IMG/VR virus record: IMGVR_UViG_3300044991_001466
Strand: one strand, 5' to 3'
Origin: a virus
Taxonomy: Duplodnaviria; Caudoviricetes
Length of the DNA: 64,000 nucleotides
The position numbers and the translations under genes are program-made. The notes beneath the pieces were generated by a model, which saw nothing but the letters and a program-made list of their open reading frames with translations, was not told the DNA's origin and made no database searches. Below are positions 60,129 through 64,000 of the stretch, piece by piece (positions within the stretch are counted from its first letter, which is position 1; every line of letters starts with the position of its first letter).

Positions 60129-61078
60129 AACATTGGTTAAACCAAAATTTTAAAACATTAATTATTGCTGCATTTTTGATTCCAATCATTACTGTGGCAA
60201 TTGTTTCTATTTCACACGTTACAAAATGGTATGGTATATCTAATCCTGTAAGTTGGGCTGTTTATTTGTCAATTGGAATTGAGATTGCCGCATTATCAGC
60301 ATTGGCAGCCATTTCCGCAAACATGGGTAAGAAAGTTTATTTTCCATTTGCGGTTGTGACATTAATTCAATTTATTGGTAACATATTTTTCGCATATACA
60401 TATATCGACATCAACGGACAATCATTTAAAGATTGGGTTGATTTGGTATCCCCATTAACAGAATTAATGGGAGTTGACCCCACAGATATGATAGGTAATA
60501 AAAGATTTTTGGCATTTTTTGCTGGAGGTATGTTACCAATCATTTCATTATCTTTTCTACATATGTTAGTTAAATTTACCGAAGAAGATAGATTAAAAGA
60601 GAATGGATTAATTCAAAATAAAGAACCTATATCTAATCCAGAAGAACTAAAAGATTTTGTTGATGAGACAACAAGAATACGTTTAAGTGAAAATGATTTA
60701 AAGAAACTTGAAGAAGTGTTATTAAATCCACCCCCACCAAATGATGAATTAAAGAAGGCGGCGGAAGAATATAAAAGACGTGGAGAGTTATTGGCGGAGA
60801 TAATGAAGAATGATGAAGAATTGGGTTTATATAACGAACCATTTGATAATCCATTAATTAAAGTAGAAGAAATTCATCAAATAAATGAAGATAGTGGAAA
60901 AAATTCATCAAACAAGGAAGAATCTGAAGTTATAGTGGAAAATAAAACACTAACCGCTAAATTAGGGGAACTTAAAAAAAACGGGTATAAGGTCAGTCAA
61001 CTTGAAGAAGAAGATATAACACCTGAAACTACAATTGAAACTACGTTACCTGAAAAGGAAGACGAAAAAAAAAAATAA
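60125..61078 (+). CDS. Multi-pass membrane protein (holin-like) with acidic tail
   Basis: Four hydrophobic helices in the first ~150 aa; ends at an A11 run. Confidence 0.55.
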   Translation: MKHWLNQNFKTLIIAAFLIPIITVAIVSISHVTKWYGISNPVSWAVYLSIGIEIAALSALAAISANMGKKVYFPFAVVTLIQFIGNIFFAYTYIDINGQSFKDWVDLVSPLTELMGVDPTDMIGNKRFLAFFAGGMLPIISLSFLHMLVKFTEEDRLKENGLIQNKEPISNPEELKDFVDETTRIRLSENDLKKLEEVLLNPPPPNDELKKAAEEYKRRGELLAEIMKNDEELGLYNEPFDNPLIKVEEIHQINEDSGKNSSNKEESEVIVENKTLTAKLGELKKNGYKVSQLEEEDITPETTIETTLPEKEDEKKK

Positions 61079-61311
61079 AAAGGTCAACATCCAAGAACCG
61101 CAAAAAAGAAATCTCAGAATTTCCAGAGATTTTTAATCTCAACCCTACTTTACAAAGTCAAGAAGAAGAATTATATTGGGAAAAGGACGATATTAATCCA
61201 AATCAAATAATATATGATTTGGAAAATAATAAAACCATAATCCCAACTTCCGATGAAGAATTAATTGGACCATCAACGGATGATAATTAGTTTTAAATTT
61301 TGATATATTAA

Positions 61312-61929
61312 ATGTTAGTAATAAATGATATTGAAACCTTAGATAAGGACAAATTAAATATTGTTAAAAGGAAATCCAAGAAAACACAAATTTTTCTTTA
61401 CGACACTCAGAGAAGAGTTGATGATTTTGTTAATAAAATAAAACATAGAAAAAATGGTACATACGATGATGTACCACATTTTATAATTTCAAAATTGGGT
61501 TTGGTGTATCAGTTATTTGATACCGATTACAGTTCAAACACTTTTAATAACCCCAATAACGATAAGAAACAGATTAAAATTGCCATCGAGAATTTGGGGT
61601 GGTTAAATAAAAATACAATCACTGGTGTCCTTAATAATTGGATTGATGACCCATATAGGTCCGAACCTTATGTTCGTAATTGGAGAAATTACTATTTTTG
61701 GGATAGATATGGAGAAGACCAATTAAAATCATTATCTGAATTGTGTACCTACCTCACGGAAAAACACAATATATACAAACAAGTCGTACCGTCCCAAGGA
61801 TATATGGAAAAGGTATCTAATTTTAAGGGAATTGTTTGTAAATCCAATTTTTCAAGTATTTATACAGATATAAACCCGTCCTTTAATTTTAAGGTATTTT
61901 TCAATGATGCAAAAGAAAATGAAAACTGA
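61312..61929 (+). CDS. Amidase_2-like (N-acetylmuramoyl-L-alanine amidase) protein, apparently degenerate
   Basis: PHFIISKLGLVYQL, IAIENLGWL, YWRNYYFWDRY..DQLKSLSEL and TDINPSF patterns. Confidence 0.65.
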   Translation: MLVINDIETLDKDKLNIVKRKSKKTQIFLYDTQRRVDDFVNKIKHRKNGTYDDVPHFIISKLGLVYQLFDTDYSSNTFNNPNNDKKQIKIAIENLGWLNKNTITGVLNNWIDDPYRSEPYVRNWRNYYFWDRYGEDQLKSLSELCTYLTEKHNIYKQVVPSQGYMEKVSNFKGIVCKSNFSSIYTDINPSFNFKVFFNDAKENEN

Positions 61930-62440
61930 TGAGTATGACGTAACAAAGAACATGTTAAAGACTATTAGAACTTTAACTGAGTCTAAGGTATCGTCCAATA
62001 TCATCAATGAAAACCAAACTGAACTCCAAACCCCTCAGGTCAACACCACTAACGATGAAAATCAAAAAAATGATATTGATGTGATTAATGATGTTGACGT
62101 TAAGTTATTATCAAGTGATCAAAACGACTTGAAATTAACTGATCAACAAAAAACCGCCATTTCTGAATTAATTGATGGATTTAAACAACAAGTTAGTCAA
62201 ATTGTAGAATTTGAACCAGGAATGACATTAACCAGAGAACAAATAAGGTTAGATGGTTATTTACCTGATGAGGATATTAACTTTGTTTTTATCTCAGGTA
62301 AAGAAAGTGGGGTATATATTAACGCAGATATGTTAAAGTTAGAACAAGATGTTGCTACATCATTAGAAAAATTGGCAAAATTTGAAATAACATTTAAATC
62401 CGCGATGGACCCAATAATACAAGAAAGAACTAATAACTAA
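61904..62440 (+). CDS. Hypothetical protein, possibly head-associated
   Basis: 178-aa acidic ORF; the start may be the ATG near 61919. Confidence 0.5.
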   Translation: MMQKKMKTDEYDVTKNMLKTIRTLTESKVSSNIINENQTELQTPQVNTTNDENQKNDIDVINDVDVKLLSSDQNDLKLTDQQKTAISELIDGFKQQVSQIVEFEPGMTLTREQIRLDGYLPDEDINFVFISGKESGVYINADMLKLEQDVATSLEKLAKFEITFKSAMDPIIQERTNN

Positions 62441-62441
62441 A

Positions 62442-62681
62442 ATGGCATTAACAGATCAAGATAGAAGAGATATTGAAAAAATCACCAAAAAGGAGATTAA
62501 AGACTTTATGGATTCAACTCAAGCAACCAAAATTGTTGTTAAAATGATTCAAGATGAATTGGGTACTAAAAAGATTGATGACAAAATTGTAGATTTGTCC
62601 ACTAAGGTTGTGGTTGAGTTATTTAAAACCTTATGGCAAAGAAAGTCATTTTGGGAGAGCGCATTAAAGAATGTTAAATAA
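62442..62681 (+). CDS. Small hypothetical protein
   Basis: 79-aa ORF coupled to both neighbours. Confidence 0.55.
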   Translation: MALTDQDRRDIEKITKKEIKDFMDSTQATKIVVKMIQDELGTKKIDDKIVDLSTKVVVELFKTLWQRKSFWESALKNVK

Positions 62682-63556
62682 TGGATAAAAAACTAATAGC
62701 AGATGAAATTGATGAATTACAAAGAGTAGTTCAAGACCTCAAAAGAAATGAGGACCTTGATATTAGTCTTGGTAAATTAGTCACCGCTTTTAGTAAATCT
62801 AAAGAAGTTGAATTAAGTAAAGATATTTGGGATAAATTAGAAAACACGGAATCAAACGACGTTGAGAAGGGTCAAATGAATTTGGTTAAAAAAATCGCCA
62901 AAAGATATGGTAAAACCGACCCCGAAATATTATCTAAGTCGTTAGAAAGTGGAGAATATCACCGTCCATTAATAGTTAAGTTAGATGGTGACAGATACCA
63001 TTTAGTTGCGGGTAACACAAGATTGTGTACCGCCAAAGCAATGGGAATGATACCTAATGTGTTTATTGCGGACATATCAGGAAATAAAGAAGAGACCAAA
63101 GAATCCACAGACGCTGGTTCATCTGGTTCATCTGAAGGTCCTCTATTTGGTAAATCGAGTACAATTAAAAGAAGAATCTCTAAAATCCCTAATATGAACC
63201 TAAATGAGGTTACTACAGGGGATGCGGGTGAATATGATGTCCCATTATTTGGAACGTCACCAAAGGGTCGTAAAAACCCATTAAAGATAGATGGTCCTGA
63301 TAGTATCTATAAGGGTAGGGCGGTAAAAGATAGGGATTTCCCAAAATGGGGTGGTCCTGATAGTGTTTTTGTTAAGGTAAAGGAAAAATGTAAAAAATTC
63401 CCTTATTGTAACCAAGGAGATATGAATGCGTTAGAAATCATAAAAGAAGACGATGAATTGATATTAACAATTAAAGAAACGGCTAAAAAATACGGAATTT
63501 CATATAAACATATGGAATCTATCGTATTAAATGAGATTAACAAGATATTTATTTAA
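62681..63556 (+). CDS. ParB/Srx-like N-terminal domain fused to a low-complexity region
   Basis: RPLIVKLDGDRYHLVAGNTRL. Confidence 0.6.
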   Translation: MDKKLIADEIDELQRVVQDLKRNEDLDISLGKLVTAFSKSKEVELSKDIWDKLENTESNDVEKGQMNLVKKIAKRYGKTDPEILSKSLESGEYHRPLIVKLDGDRYHLVAGNTRLCTAKAMGMIPNVFIADISGNKEETKESTDAGSSGSSEGPLFGKSSTIKRRISKIPNMNLNEVTTGDAGEYDVPLFGTSPKGRKNPLKIDGPDSIYKGRAVKDRDFPKWGGPDSVFVKVKEKCKKFPYCNQGDMNALEIIKEDDELILTIKETAKKYGISYKHMESIVLNEINKIFI

Positions 63557-63558
63557 TT

Positions 63559-64000
63559 ATGAAAGTAAGTGAACTAAACACCATTATTGAAAATATTTTA
63601 TCTGAAGAAGTTAAGAGAGCAATCCTTAATGAATCTAAAGGTAAATCTAAAGAAGTATTTCACATAATTTGTGATGGGGAACCATATATGAATTGCGACA
63701 CTCAAAATGAGGCTGAAGAACACTTAGATAAATTAAAAAAAGAACATCCAGGTAAACAATTTATCATCGAAAAAACAATGTACGAATCTCATGAAGATAT
63801 GTTACATAAATTAGATAAAATGGGTGAACAATTAGAAGAAAAAGAAAATACAAATATGGAAAATCAAGAACCAATGGAAGGTAACTCTTTCGGTCAAGCG
63901 GTATTAAACGCAAAAGAAAAGGGAGAAAAGACTTTTGAATTTGACGGAGAACAACATGATGTTGAGGAATGTTGGAAACAATTAGAAGAAGAAGAGATGG
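63559..64000 (+). CDS. Acidic protein, 3'-truncated and absent from the ORF track
   Basis: ATG at 63559 after TATTTATT; open to the window end (MKVSELNTIIENILSEEVKRAILNESK...). Confidence 0.7.
   Translation, partial: MKVSELNTIIENILSEEVKRAILNESKGKSKEVFHIICDGEPYMNCDTQNEAEEHLDKLKKEHPGKQFIIEKTMYESHEDMLHKLDKMGEQLEEKENTNMENQEPMEGNSFGQAVLNAKEKGEKTFEFDGEQHDVEECWKQLEEEEM

Noticed and set aside
1-64000. Stop-codon reassignment, introns or inteins
   Set aside because: Conserved genes (nrdA, nrdB, dnaB, recA, clpP) are full length and uninterrupted in the standard code, and no HNH/LAGLIDADG or intein motifs were seen.

Overview
This window is a densely packed, AT-rich segment of a large myovirus-like (T4-related, probably jumbo) phage genome, read in the standard genetic code. 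No tRNA, rRNA, CRISPR array, integrase, intron or intein was seen. All credible genes are on the + strand except a two-gene heptose cassette. In order: (1) tape-measure-like and baseplate hub genes (1-12.5 kb); (2) small acidic proteins and a ferritin-like protein; (3) a replication block with gp32-like SSB, RecA, 5'-3' exonuclease, DnaB and NrdB/NrdA (13.9-22.1 kb); (4) baseplate wedge genes and Thr/Pro-rich, mucin-like tail appendage proteins (22.2-46.5 kb); (5) RuvC, primase, exonuclease and SbcD/SbcC, with a putative Type II restriction-modification pair between sbcD and sbcC; (6) an inverted HldE-kinase/HldD heptose cassette; (7) ClpP, a secreted/lysis-like cluster, a Bacteroidota-type sigma70, a degenerate amidase and probable head-associated proteins. 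Several independent signals point to a Bacteroidota host. The most notable observations are a candidate ~70-nt small RNA with its own promoter and terminator, an A11 slippage site that would extend a membrane protein by ~72 aa, a Cys-containing motif repeated seven times in three mucin-like fibre genes, the heptose genes, and a TATTTAT(A/T) late-promoter-like motif. All assignments come from reading motifs by eye; no searches were run.
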